NCBI GenBank assembly: GCA_945830395.1
Contig: CALZYE010000005.1
Coordinates: forward strand, 19,601-83,600
Direction of reading: 5' to 3'
Source: an uncultured Clostridia bacterium
Lineage (GTDB): Bacteria > Bacillota > Clostridia > Peptostreptococcales > Anaerovoracaceae
Length of the DNA: 64,000 nucleotides
Position numbers and translations under genes: made by a program. This document shows, piece after piece, positions 9,694 to 17,247 of this stretch. Positions within the stretch are counted from its first letter, which is position 1; each line of letters starts with the position of its first letter. The notes under the pieces are model-generated. The model was not told where the DNA came from and ran no database searches. It saw only the letters and a program-made list of their open reading frames with translations.

Positions 9694-9801
9694 TTCATAC
9701 CTCTATCTTTAATACTCTAATCAAGGTCTATAGGGACGCCACATGGACATCCCCACATTTAAAATTTGTATACTTTTTCTACATATATATAATGCAGTTT
9801 T

Positions 9802-10055
9802 TTATTCTAGTTCTCCATCCATCATCTTTTTTACGATTTGACTATATGGAAGCCCTAATATTTTTCCTAGCTTTGCTTTCTTATCTATAGATGTATCTTC
9901 TGTAACTTCTAAATATTTATGAGCAATTAATACTCTTCTAATTTCGATCCTCACACTTTCAAGTGTGATTTGATTTATAGCTTCCTTTATATCGCTTCTA
10001 CTTCTTCTGTTATCTCGAACTCTAATCCCATGAGGGCTAAGCTTCTATATATCAT
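9802..10055 (-). pseudogene. Frameshifted small early phage gene
   Basis: RBS AAGGAG and ATG at 10055 give 22 codons; removing 2 nt from GCGATATAAAGG joins a further ~60 open codons ending at 9802. Confidence 0.45.
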
Positions 10056-10378
10056 TTCCACTGCTCCTTACTGGCTGCATATTTATCGCACATCGCTATA
10101 ACTTGGATTAATTCGGCTGCACAATTTTTTGCAAATTCCCTTATCCTATTAACGCATGGCATTGTATCAGCATCCTTTTTTGTGCGTTCCCATAGCTGGC
10201 TAGTATTTTTCATTACATATTCCATCTCCATCATAGCTTCATCGACTTCTTCCGCTATAACTGCATATCCCTCATGGGCAGAGTTGAAAGCAGGATGTTT
10301 TTCGTATGAACGCTTATGCTCCAAAGAAGCAGCCTCTTCAACTGCTTCTTTTATCCTCAACATATTTTCACTCATCAC
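10052..10378 (-). CDS. Phage protein, MazG-like nucleotide pyrophosphohydrolase fold suspected
   Basis: NSAHEGYAVIAEEVDE...ELIQVIAM pattern. Confidence 0.5.
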   Translation of the reverse strand: MMSENMLRIKEAVEEAASLEHKRSYEKHPAFNSAHEGYAVIAEEVDEAMMEMEYVMKNTSQLWERTKKDADTMPCVNRIREFAKNCAAELIQVIAMCDKYAASKEQWK

Positions 10379-10457
10379 TTTTCCCCCAAAGGCTTATAAT
10401 TATAATTGTTAAACATATCATTGCTGTTATTTGTACTGCTGTGCTCATAATTTTCAT
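10368..10457 (-). CDS. Hydrophobic micro-ORF (29 aa)
   Basis: MKIMSTAVQITAMICLTIIIISLWGKSDE; fills the gap in the operon. Confidence 0.45.
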   Translation of the reverse strand: MKIMSTAVQITAMICLTIIIISLWGKSDE

Positions 10458-10458
10458 C

Positions 10459-10557
10459 TTACCCTCTTATATCCTGGAATCTTCCCATAAATTCTTCCCA
10501 TTCACTTTCATCTTCTAGGAAGATTTGTTTTATATAATCTATGATTTTTCTTATCAT
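10459..10557 (-). CDS. Micro-ORF (32 aa), paralog of 12551-12658
   Basis: MIRKIIDYIKQIFLEDESEWEEFMGRFQDIRG; ATG overlaps the upstream stop. Confidence 0.6.
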   Translation of the reverse strand: MIRKIIDYIKQIFLEDESEWEEFMGRFQDIRG

Positions 10558-10793
10558 TTATATTCCTTCCCTGTCTTTGAATCCACCAGCGTTATTCGTC
10601 CTTTTATGTCGAAGCCAAACAACCTTGCTATATATCCCATTGCCTCAATTGTTTTTCCTATTTTGTCTTTTATTCTTCTATCTTCTTCAGTGATATTTTT
10701 CTGTGCTTCATAAGCAGTCATATCCAAATATCCTTCTCCATTACAGGATGGATTATTGGGATTTTCTTGCTTTACTCCTTTTATCATCCTCAT
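10554..10793 (-). CDS. Hypothetical phage early protein
   Basis: N.EGY.D.TAY motif common in Clostridia phage early genes; coupled ATGA start. Confidence 0.6.
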   Translation of the reverse strand: MRMIKGVKQENPNNPSCNGEGYLDMTAYEAQKNITEEDRRIKDKIGKTIEAMGYIARLFGFDIKGRITLVDSKTGKEYK

Positions 10794-11227
10794 ATTCTTG
10801 TCTCCTTTGGCGCTTCTGGTAATGCCATCCACCAACAAGGTGCTTCAGCATTCTCAAATCCAACACCTATATCAAATTCTATCCATGTATCTATCCAGAC
10901 ATTCTTACCATCACTTACAAAAACTTCTTCACCGATTTCTGGGATTTCGCAATCGTACATGAAAGCGTAACCCTCAGTTCTTTCCTCTTCATCTGCTTCT
11001 CTAGTGCTTAATTTCTTCCAGCAAATTCCTCTTCCTAAACCATCATGTATTTTTCTACAACAGCAATTATGTCCAATAATCTCTCTCATATCGTCAATAT
11101 CATAGATTTGGGAAATGTCTAGGTTCACAACTTTTGAATCTGCATCAGTTATGACAGTTACATTCCCTTCTTTGTCCGGTTCTTTTAATACCGTTGCGGT
11201 TATAAATACTTCCTGTCCTCTTTTCAT
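10790..11227 (-). CDS. Hypothetical phage protein with DUF551-like C-terminus
   Basis: PE.GEEV.V.DG...W.D.W...WM.LPE.P. Confidence 0.6.
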   Translation of the reverse strand: MKRGQEVFITATVLKEPDKEGNVTVITDADSKVVNLDISQIYDIDDMREIIGHNCCCRKIHDGLGRGICWKKLSTREADEEERTEGYAFMYDCEIPEIGEEVFVSDGKNVWIDTWIEFDIGVGFENAEAPCWWMALPEAPKETRI

Positions 11228-12453
11228 TCTTCCTCCTTGTTGTACAGTTCATGTGTACCATTCAGCAGCTGCAGTTCTTCATCATCAATTTCATAGCCAT
11301 ATTTACAAATGATTTCATATACATCTCTAATCTCGTCGGCTTTTGATTTGATATATTCTGAATTCCATTCTACAATAGCCATGTATGTACCATCATTTAT
11401 TTGCATGTTGAAATCTGCAAACATCAACATGATTAAATATAGTTCTAAATCCAAGACCTTGTCTTTATCAGTTTCATCAATCTCCCACGGGCTTTTTTCA
11501 TATATATATGATGCAATTTTATTTTTAGAAAATCCTATCCCTTGCCCTTCTATACAGATCCTGAAGGATTCTTCTAAAATATATTTTTTATCTGATTCTT
11601 TTAATTTTGATTTTGCAAAAGTTCCTGTAATAAAATCATGTCGTTTTTTCTGTTTTACTCTTTGTAATTGCAATAACGATTTCCTGTTTTTCTGTAGCTC
11701 CTTCTTCTTTTTTTCTTCCTCGCTTAAAGTCTTCTTTTTCGCGTTTTTCATGATATAGATAAAGCTGTAACTTCTTGTATAAAAAACACTCTTTACATCT
11801 TGCAGATTTGAAATGGTTTTTTTAATATCATCAGCTAAATTGTCATTATTCAAAACTGCAGAAAATATACGATCATATTTAGAATCCCACGGAGAAATAT
11901 TAGCATTTTCTTTGATTCCAAACTTAGAAAAAACAGTCTTGCATTTTTTGAAGATTTTGTCCTCTTTCTGTTCTCTTAAAAAAGCATCAACTCTTATTTT
12001 TAGATCACCTTTGTCATGTGCAGAAGCGAAGATTTTATTTCTAACTTCTACATCATCAACTTTCTCAAGCTCATAAAAATCTGTTAAAGACAGCTGATAA
12101 TCTTCATTATTAAGTTGCTTTTTGAGAATTTCTTTATCCAGCTCTGCTATTTTAATTCTGTGCCGGATTGTTGATTCCGAAAATCCGGACTTTTCCGCTA
12201 GTGATTCTACAGTTTCTCCCAGCTCCATCATCATTTGAAATGACTCAGCCTCTTCAAGAATAGTTAAATCGCTGCGCTGGATATTTTCCTCAAGCATAAT
12301 AGTTATTTGTTCTCTTTTACTTAATCCTTCCATAATTACACAAGGAACCTTTTTTAACGAGGCTTGTTTTGCAGCTGCAAATCTACGGTGTCCTATAAGG
12401 ATCATAAATTTATCCATATCTTTATTTACCGGGACAACTGTTAGATTCTGCAT
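11224..12453 (-). CDS. ParB/Spo0J-like protein; frame stays open 35 codons further, to 12558, without a start codon
   Basis: LIPNPDNPRKELGDIEEL upstream of the ATG; ILIGHRRFAAA, ENIQRSDL..LEEA, HTH. Confidence 0.85.
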   Translation of the reverse strand: MQNLTVVPVNKDMDKFMILIGHRRFAAAKQASLKKVPCVIMEGLSKREQITIMLEENIQRSDLTILEEAESFQMMMELGETVESLAEKSGFSESTIRHRIKIAELDKEILKKQLNNEDYQLSLTDFYELEKVDDVEVRNKIFASAHDKGDLKIRVDAFLREQKEDKIFKKCKTVFSKFGIKENANISPWDSKYDRIFSAVLNNDNLADDIKKTISNLQDVKSVFYTRSYSFIYIMKNAKKKTLSEEEKKKKELQKNRKSLLQLQRVKQKKRHDFITGTFAKSKLKESDKKYILEESFRICIEGQGIGFSKNKIASYIYEKSPWEIDETDKDKVLDLELYLIMLMFADFNMQINDGTYMAIVEWNSEYIKSKADEIRDVYEIICKYGYEIDDEELQLLNGTHELYNKEEE

Positions 12454-12550
12454 TATTCCATTTTTCTTTACTGACTTACTAAGTTCTTCTATATCCCCTA
12501 ATTCCTTTCTCGGATTGTCTGGATTAGGTATGAGCTTTTCTACTTCTAAT

Positions 12551-12658
12551 TTATGACTTTATTTCTGAAAGCTTAGATATGAACTCTTCCCATTCTTGAG
12601 AATCATCCTCCTGAAATATAGATTTTACAAAATTCAATATTCTATCTATAATCTGCAT
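12551..12658 (-). CDS. Micro-ORF (35 aa), paralog of 10459-10557
   Basis: MQIIDRILNFVKSIFQEDDSQEWEEFISKLSEIKS; RBS GGAG. Confidence 0.6.
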   Translation of the reverse strand: MQIIDRILNFVKSIFQEDDSQEWEEFISKLSEIKS

Positions 12659-12661
12659 AGT

Positions 12662-12844
12662 TCACTCCTCTCCCCATTCCCTGATTTCTTCTAACACATC
12701 AATAGGGATAACTAATGTCAATTCCTTGCACACCGTACCATCAAATAATACTTTCTTTGGACTATTTTCCGTAGCCACCTTGTACAGGCTTTTAAAAAAC
12801 TTTTTATGTTTTAAAGTTAGCATAATCATTCCTCCTTCCAACAT
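12662..12844 (-). CDS. Hypothetical phage protein
   Basis: ORF with RBS in the early operon. Confidence 0.5.
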   Translation of the reverse strand: MLEGGMIMLTLKHKKFFKSLYKVATENSPKKVLFDGTVCKELTLVIPIDVLEEIREWGEE

Positions 12845-12894
12845 GCTTTATAAATTTCTCTTCTTTTCTTATGAAGTTCCTGTACTGATAACAT

Positions 12895-13149
12895 TTATAC
12901 TCCTCTATTTTTTAAAATTTCTTTTGCCTGATTCACTTTGTCTTCATTGAACTCTATTTTTATTTTCTCTCTATTTTTAAACAGCAGCAGCTCGCAATTA
13001 CCCAGCATTTCATTTTTAGTATGATATTCACACCTCACGCAGCAATTCATACAAATGAGCTGTTGATATTTATAACAATACTTCCACTCCTTTGTTCCCG
13101 GATTGTCTGTTCTTATTCTGCATTCCGGACAATGTTCTATTTTGCGCAT
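12895..13149 (-). CDS. Cys-rich (zinc-binding?) hypothetical phage protein
   Basis: CPEC...C...C..CC..C. Confidence 0.55.
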   Translation of the reverse strand: MRKIEHCPECRIRTDNPGTKEWKYCYKYQQLICMNCCVRCEYHTKNEMLGNCELLLFKNREKIKIEFNEDKVNQAKEILKNRGV

Positions 13150-13250
13150 TTCTGTTTGAATTCATTGAGTCTCGCTCTTTCCCTGCCGGCCGCCTTTCGA
13201 TTCATTCTTTCTTTTGCTCTTCTCTCTTTTCTTCCCGGATTCTTTTTCAT
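13137..13250 (-). CDS. Basic micro-ORF (37 aa)
   Basis: MKKNPGRKERRAKERMNRKAAGRERARLNEFKQKCAK; RBS AAAGGAA. Confidence 0.45.
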   Translation of the reverse strand: MKKNPGRKERRAKERMNRKAAGRERARLNEFKQKCAK

Positions 13251-13268
13251 AACTATTCCTTTCTTTTT

Positions 13269-13532
13269 CTAATATTGAATAAGGATGTTTACCACATCTC
13301 TTATTAGTGTCGCTTCTGAATCACAAGTCACATTAACCAAAACAGTTCGTTTATCTTGAAATATTGCATGCACAAGCTCTATATTCTTTTTCTTTTCATA
13401 CTTTAGATATATGAGATTTTTAAAATCTCTTGTTTCTCTCAGTGTTATCAGAAGTTTGTCGCAAATATTCTGCTTATTCTCTACATGTTTCGATTCTTCA
13501 GTAATGATTTTCCTTGTTCTCATATCAGCCAC
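13269..13532 (-). CDS. Hypothetical phage protein
   Basis: C-terminal V.VN.TCDS...LI.DV motif; RBS AGGAGG. Confidence 0.6.
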   Translation of the reverse strand: MADMRTRKIITEESKHVENKQNICDKLLITLRETRDFKNLIYLKYEKKKNIELVHAIFQDKRTVLVNVTCDSEATLIRDVVNILIQY

Positions 13533-13689
13533 CTCCTAACCAAGGTCTTCCATGCGTTACCGTTTGTTCATATATCCACCCTTTGTAAAAAAGAATTGCA
13601 AATGTAAGCCCTACTATTCCGGCAAGAACTATCTTTTGCCATTCTGTTGGTTTCCATATATACTTCTTGTTTCTAAATTTAAATTTCAT
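13525..13689 (-). CDS. Small single-TM phage protein
   Basis: Probable start MKFKFRNK at 13689; one hydrophobic segment. Confidence 0.5.
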   Translation of the reverse strand: MKFKFRNKKYIWKPTEWQKIVLAGIVGLTFAILFYKGWIYEQTVTHGRPWLGGG

Positions 13690-13892
13690 TAACTTAACCT
13701 TTCTATGATTCGATCCGCTACATCTACGGCGGAATACTTTTTTCCACGACCACCACGCATTGGTTTTATTCCTTCCATTAGCCAAGTGGCCGTTCCGTGC
13801 CGTCTCTCTATAAATTTATCTATTTTTGATAAGCAAGGAAAACGACCGATTTCTCTTTCAATCCTTCTTATAAGCTCCTGTCTCTTTTCCAT
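13689..13892 (-). CDS. Small DNA-binding protein (excisionase-like)
   Basis: Short winged-HTH-like sequence ending Y...DVA..I. Confidence 0.45.
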   Translation of the reverse strand: MEKRQELIRRIEREIGRFPCLSKIDKFIERRHGTATWLMEGIKPMRGGRGKKYSAVDVADRIIERLS

Positions 13893-13902
13893 AAGCTACT
13901 CC

Positions 13903-14100
13903 TTAAAGGCTATATACTGGAAAATATGAAATTCCAACTTCCGTTACTGATGTGATCCACTCTTCTTTTATTTTGTATCCGTATTTTCTTAATTCGATGA
14001 TTTGTTCATTTAGATCAAATACGGATAAATATTTCATAGCCTCCCACTTGTTTATATGGCCATGTTTTTTCATAAAGTCTAAAACTGCTATAATTTTCAT
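13903..14100 (-). CDS. Small winged-HTH protein
   Basis: G.I..WEA...L.V..L...I.ELRK.GY.I. Confidence 0.6.
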   Translation of the reverse strand: MKIIAVLDFMKKHGHINKWEAMKYLSVFDLNEQIIELRKYGYKIKEEWITSVTEVGISYFPVYSL

Positions 14101-14102
14101 TT

Positions 14103-14252
14103 TTAGTTCCTTTCTGCTATAATCTCCTTATCATAAGTGGTTGTCTGAACAGCTTTAGCGATTGTTTCAGCTTTTAATTTTAATGGTTGACTTTGTAATT
14201 CTGATACAAGGTCGGCTATTTCCTTTGAAGTTGTTTTGATATTTATTTCCAT
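14103..14252 (-). CDS. Micro-ORF (49 aa)
   Basis: MEINIKTTSKEIADLVSELQSQP...; RBS GGAGG. Confidence 0.5.
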   Translation of the reverse strand: MEINIKTTSKEIADLVSELQSQPLKLKAETIAKAVQTTTYDKEIIAERN

Positions 14253-14318
14253 AACTTTTCCTCCCTCTTTATGTTACCTTTATGTGTTATAATCACCTTT
14301 GAAAGAGAGGTGATTATA

Positions 14319-14633
14319 ATGGAACTAACGAAAGACGCTGATAAACTTCTTTGCCAAATTTATGCGGAATATTTAAAACGCCGAAAAAACGGAGTTCGCA
14401 AAAGTCAAGCTATACATTTTGAAGCTCCGCCACTTCTCGTTGAGGAATTCCTTTGCGGAGAACATCCTGATGATGTTTCAGACTTAATTTTCGATTTGGC
14501 AAAAATAAATTTTGTTGAAGCATACCTTGATGCAAGTTTCTACTTAACTGATAATGCCATAATTTATATGGAAAATCGTTTCAAAAACGGCTTGATTGAG
14601 GTCGCAGATTTCATATCGAAATTTATTCCTTAG
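14319..14633 (+). CDS. Counter-oriented moron, hypothetical protein
   Basis: Own -10 (TATAAT) and RBS; start MELTKDADK. Confidence 0.7.
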   Translation: MELTKDADKLLCQIYAEYLKRRKNGVRKSQAIHFEAPPLLVEEFLCGEHPDDVSDLIFDLAKINFVEAYLDASFYLTDNAIIYMENRFKNGLIEVADFISKFIP

Positions 14634-14796
14634 TACGTCTGGAGCCTTCCTCAAACCATTCATCTTTATTTATGTGAAGGCTCCAACTTTCAGCATCAAG
14701 AGTTAATGTTAATTCCCTAACCCGTTCCATAGATTCCCCGTTCAATTTATAGATCCCATTTTCTAAATCTATATGAATGGATTTAAATGTTTTCAT
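14623..14796 (-). CDS. Micro-ORF (57 aa)
   Basis: MKTFKSIHIDLENGIYKLNGE...; RBS AGGAGG. Confidence 0.5.
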   Translation of the reverse strand: MKTFKSIHIDLENGIYKLNGESMERVRELTLTLDAESWSLHINKDEWFEEGSRRTKE

Positions 14797-14836
14797 ACTT
14801 CCTCCTTCTTTATTTCTGATTCAGTGTTGGTTTACT

Positions 14837-15040
14837 TTACTCTCCTAGAACATACCTACTGCTTAATTCCTTTAGGAACTTATTAGCTAAATCCACATCT
14901 CTTATGACTCTTTCTTCTGCCTTTAACTGATTGATAAATCTGTCGGTTACCCCGACTTTTTCTGCAATTTCTTTTGATGCAATCCCTTTCTCTTCGATTT
15001 CGTTTACAATCAATCTTGTGATTTCTTTTTTACATTCCAT
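14837..15040 (-). CDS. Cro/XRE-like HTH protein
   Basis: KEIAEKVGVT..FI.QL. Confidence 0.7.
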   Translation of the reverse strand: MECKKEITRLIVNEIEEKGIASKEIAEKVGVTDRFINQLKAEERVIRDVDLANKFLKELSSRYVLGE

Positions 15041-15160
15041 AGTGCACTTGCTTTACTCCTTTCATAGTGATATACTATATATTGATTAGAACATCTGTTC
15101 TGATTGAAAAGGTTGGTCGAAAGTGTTTTAATCAATAAATCAATGAAAGGAGGTTGTGCC

Positions 15161-15370
15161 ATGAGATATTATTACAACATTAATGCTGATAATAATGGAT
15201 ACCATGAAGTTCATACGGAAACTTGTTCTTTTCTACCTGATATTTCTAACAGAATATACATTGGAAATTTCTCAACATGCCGAGAAGCTATTGCTGAAGC
15301 TCAACGAAAACATGCATTTATGGATTTCGATGGTTGTTATTTCTGTTGCAAATCTTGTCATAAGGGTTAA
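15161..15370 (+). CDS. Counter-oriented Cys/His-rich small protein
   Basis: HEVH...C..LP...NR...G.F..C..A...DGCYFCC..CH; own -10, RBS and terminator. Confidence 0.75.
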   Translation: MRYYYNINADNNGYHEVHTETCSFLPDISNRIYIGNFSTCREAIAEAQRKHAFMDFDGCYFCCKSCHKG

Positions 15371-15375
15371 TCTCT

Positions 15376-15402
15376 AGGGCTGGCTTATGTCAGCCCTTTT
15401 TT
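15376..15402 (+). terminator. Intrinsic terminator
   Basis: AGGGCTG...CAGCCCT followed by a T run. Confidence 0.7.
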
Positions 15403-15548
15403 ACTATCGCATCGGTGTAAAATACTGATTTAACATCTTCAGTTGCTTTTTCTAAAACTTCTAAAGTCAAACCTCTATTCATCATTTGTTCCATGATTAC
15501 ATTTGATAATTTTGTCGATTCTCTTTCTGACCATTCATTATTCATCAT
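15390..15548 (-). CDS. Hypothetical phage protein
   Basis: Start MMNNEW with RBS AAGGAGG. Confidence 0.55.
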   Translation of the reverse strand: MMNNEWSERESTKLSNVIMEQMMNRGLTLEVLEKATEDVKSVFYTDAIVKKG

Positions 15549-15693
15549 CTTGATTTCCTCCTTTCTGTCTTTGATATTCATCTAGCACTGTCAAAATTAA
15601 GCCCGTTGTCGTTAATCCTTTGTGTTTAGCTATTTTTTCAATTTTTATTTTTAATTTTTTCGGTAGTCTTAGTAATATACTTGTCTTATCCAT
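15538..15693 (-). CDS. Ribbon-helix-helix protein 1 (51 aa; not in the ORF track)
   Basis: MDKTSILLRLPKKLKIKIEKIAKHKGLTTTGLILTVLDEY... Confidence 0.75.
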   Translation of the reverse strand: MDKTSILLRLPKKLKIKIEKIAKHKGLTTTGLILTVLDEYQRQKGGNQDDE

Positions 15694-15834
15694 TTTCCTC
15701 TCCTTTCCGTTTAGATATATTTAAGATATCTATAATATATCCTTTGCAATATATCTTGTCAATACCTTTTGGATATCTTTTTTATTTTTATATTCTGTGA
15801 TATAATTTTGATATCTAATGAAAGGGGGGCTATT

Positions 15835-15990
15835 ATGGCTAATATTTATCAATATCCATTAAAGATTGACCGCGATTTAATGGATAAATTAAAATCAATC
15901 GCCGACGAAGAGGGGCGCTCAGTCAATAAGCAAATTGAATTTATTATCCGTCAATTTTTAAAATCTTATGAGAACGGTAATAATCAATAG
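15835..15990 (+). CDS. Arc-family ribbon-helix-helix protein 2 (51 aa)
   Basis: YPLKIDRDLMDKLKSIADEEGRSVNKQIEFII. Confidence 0.85.
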   Translation: MANIYQYPLKIDRDLMDKLKSIADEEGRSVNKQIEFIIRQFLKSYENGNNQ

Positions 15991-16099
15991 CCCACATTAT
16001 TAATTCGTGGGTGCTTATGCCCATTCGCTCAGCTTCTTCTTTTAACGCTTCGTAGACCCCATCAGGTAACCGGAGCGTTATTTGTTTGCGGTTTTCCAT
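15944..16099 (-). CDS. Ribbon-helix-helix protein 3 (51 aa; not in the ORF track)
   Basis: MENRKQITLRLPDGVYEALKEEAERMGISTHELIMWAID...; RBS GGAGG. Confidence 0.78.
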   Translation of the reverse strand: MENRKQITLRLPDGVYEALKEEAERMGISTHELIMWAIDYYRSHKILKIDG

Positions 16100-16123
16100 G
16101 ATTTCCTCCCTCTTCAGTGTTGG

Positions 16124-16450
16124 TTTAGTTTTCTAAACTAAATGAATAAAAAAATAAGCTGGGATATTTGTTATGGGTTCATTTAATACTATCATAGTAG
16201 CTTTCATTTCTTCTTGTGACCATTCAGCATTGTTATTAAGTTTTAAGTTGATTGTTGAAAGACCCATACCTATAGCTTTTGCAAAAGCCTCTTGCGTTCC
16301 GAATTTTTCTTTAATTTTTCCCTTTAGCCTTCTATAATCGTAATTCATTTTTGCTCCTTTCTTTGTTTAGTTTTCTAAATTTTATCATCCCTTAAATCTA
16401 AAGTTAACACTTTTTTTCAGTTTTCTAAAGATAAAGTTTGATTTTCTAAA
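16124..16450. promoter_or_regulatory. Four candidate cI/Cro operators, consensus TTTAG-N4-CTAAA
   Basis: Copies at 16124-16137, 16366-16379, 16416-16429 (TTCAG) and 16437-16450 (TTTGA), around the cro/cI divergent promoters. Confidence 0.7.
16133..16348 (-). CDS. Cro-like repressor (DUF739-type)
   Basis: YDY..L.GKIKEKFGTQ..FA.A.G......KLN....W.Q.E. Confidence 0.85.
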   Translation of the reverse strand: MNYDYRRLKGKIKEKFGTQEAFAKAIGMGLSTINLKLNNNAEWSQEEMKATMIVLNEPITNIPAYFFIHLV

Positions 16451-16490
16451 TAGAATTAAGTATAATGGTAAACAACAAAGGAGAACTCAC

Positions 16491-17129
16491 ATGGATATAA
16501 GAACAAAACGATTAAGAGAATTGTTTGAGCAATCAGGTTTATCTCAAACAGAGGTATGTAGTAGAACTGGAATAAATAAAGGTGCGTTAAGCTCTTACTT
16601 ATCAGGTAGATACTTCCCTAAGCAAAATGCTTTGGAACAATTAGCTAATATATTTAATGTTTCAATTAAGTATTTGATGGGAATTAGTAATTTGCCTCAG
16701 GAATACAAATACAATGATTTTGAAGGAATAACCAATGTATCTTTTCCCGCTGCGCACCCTATTCCAATCCTTGGAGATATTTGTGCTGGCAATGGAATAT
16801 TTTGTGAAGAAAATTATATGGGTAATTTTTTTATAGACAAATCAGTTAAAGCAGATTTCTGTGTAAATGTACAAGGTGATTCTATGATTGATGCTGGTAT
16901 ACAGAATGGTGATTTGGCGTTCTGCCGGCAATCGTTTGATTTTTCTTCAGGTAAAATTTATGCCGTTAGAATCAACTCTAATAATGATGCAGTTTTGAAG
17001 CGTGTAATTAGACAAGGTGATACATTAATACTGGCACCTTGTAATAAAGATTATGATCCAATTGTATCCGATGACGAGGGTGTTATGATTCTCGGTGAGT
17101 ATGTAGGCGTTTATCATTCGGAAATATAA
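16491..17129 (+). CDS. cI/LexA-like repressor with S24 peptidase domain
   Basis: N-terminal HTH; ICAG cleavage site; GDSM...GD...; VLKR. Confidence 0.92.
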   Translation: MDIRTKRLRELFEQSGLSQTEVCSRTGINKGALSSYLSGRYFPKQNALEQLANIFNVSIKYLMGISNLPQEYKYNDFEGITNVSFPAAHPIPILGDICAGNGIFCEENYMGNFFIDKSVKADFCVNVQGDSMIDAGIQNGDLAFCRQSFDFSSGKIYAVRINSNNDAVLKRVIRQGDTLILAPCNKDYDPIVSDDEGVMILGEYVGVYHSEI

Positions 17130-17202
17130 AAAAGACCTGCCATTCCCGACGAGTCTCTAAATGTGTGTACCAAGTACCTTAAAAAAGGATACCTGTACAT
17201 AT
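17128..17202 (-). repeat. Dispersed repeat, copy 1 (after cI)
   Basis: AGACCTGCCATT...GAGTCTCTAAATGTGTGTACCAAGTACCTT; hairpin plus U-tract on the minus strand. Confidence 0.75.
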
Positions 17203-17247
17203 ATTATAAATTATAATTTTAATATATAAATTGAAAGGATGGTTATT

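Noticed and set aside
15056-15152. 10-bp long-range inverted repeat CTCCTTTCAT/ATGAAAGGAG as a regulatory stem
   Set aside because: Explained by two back-to-back ribosome-binding sites of divergent genes; the left arm lies upstream of the -10
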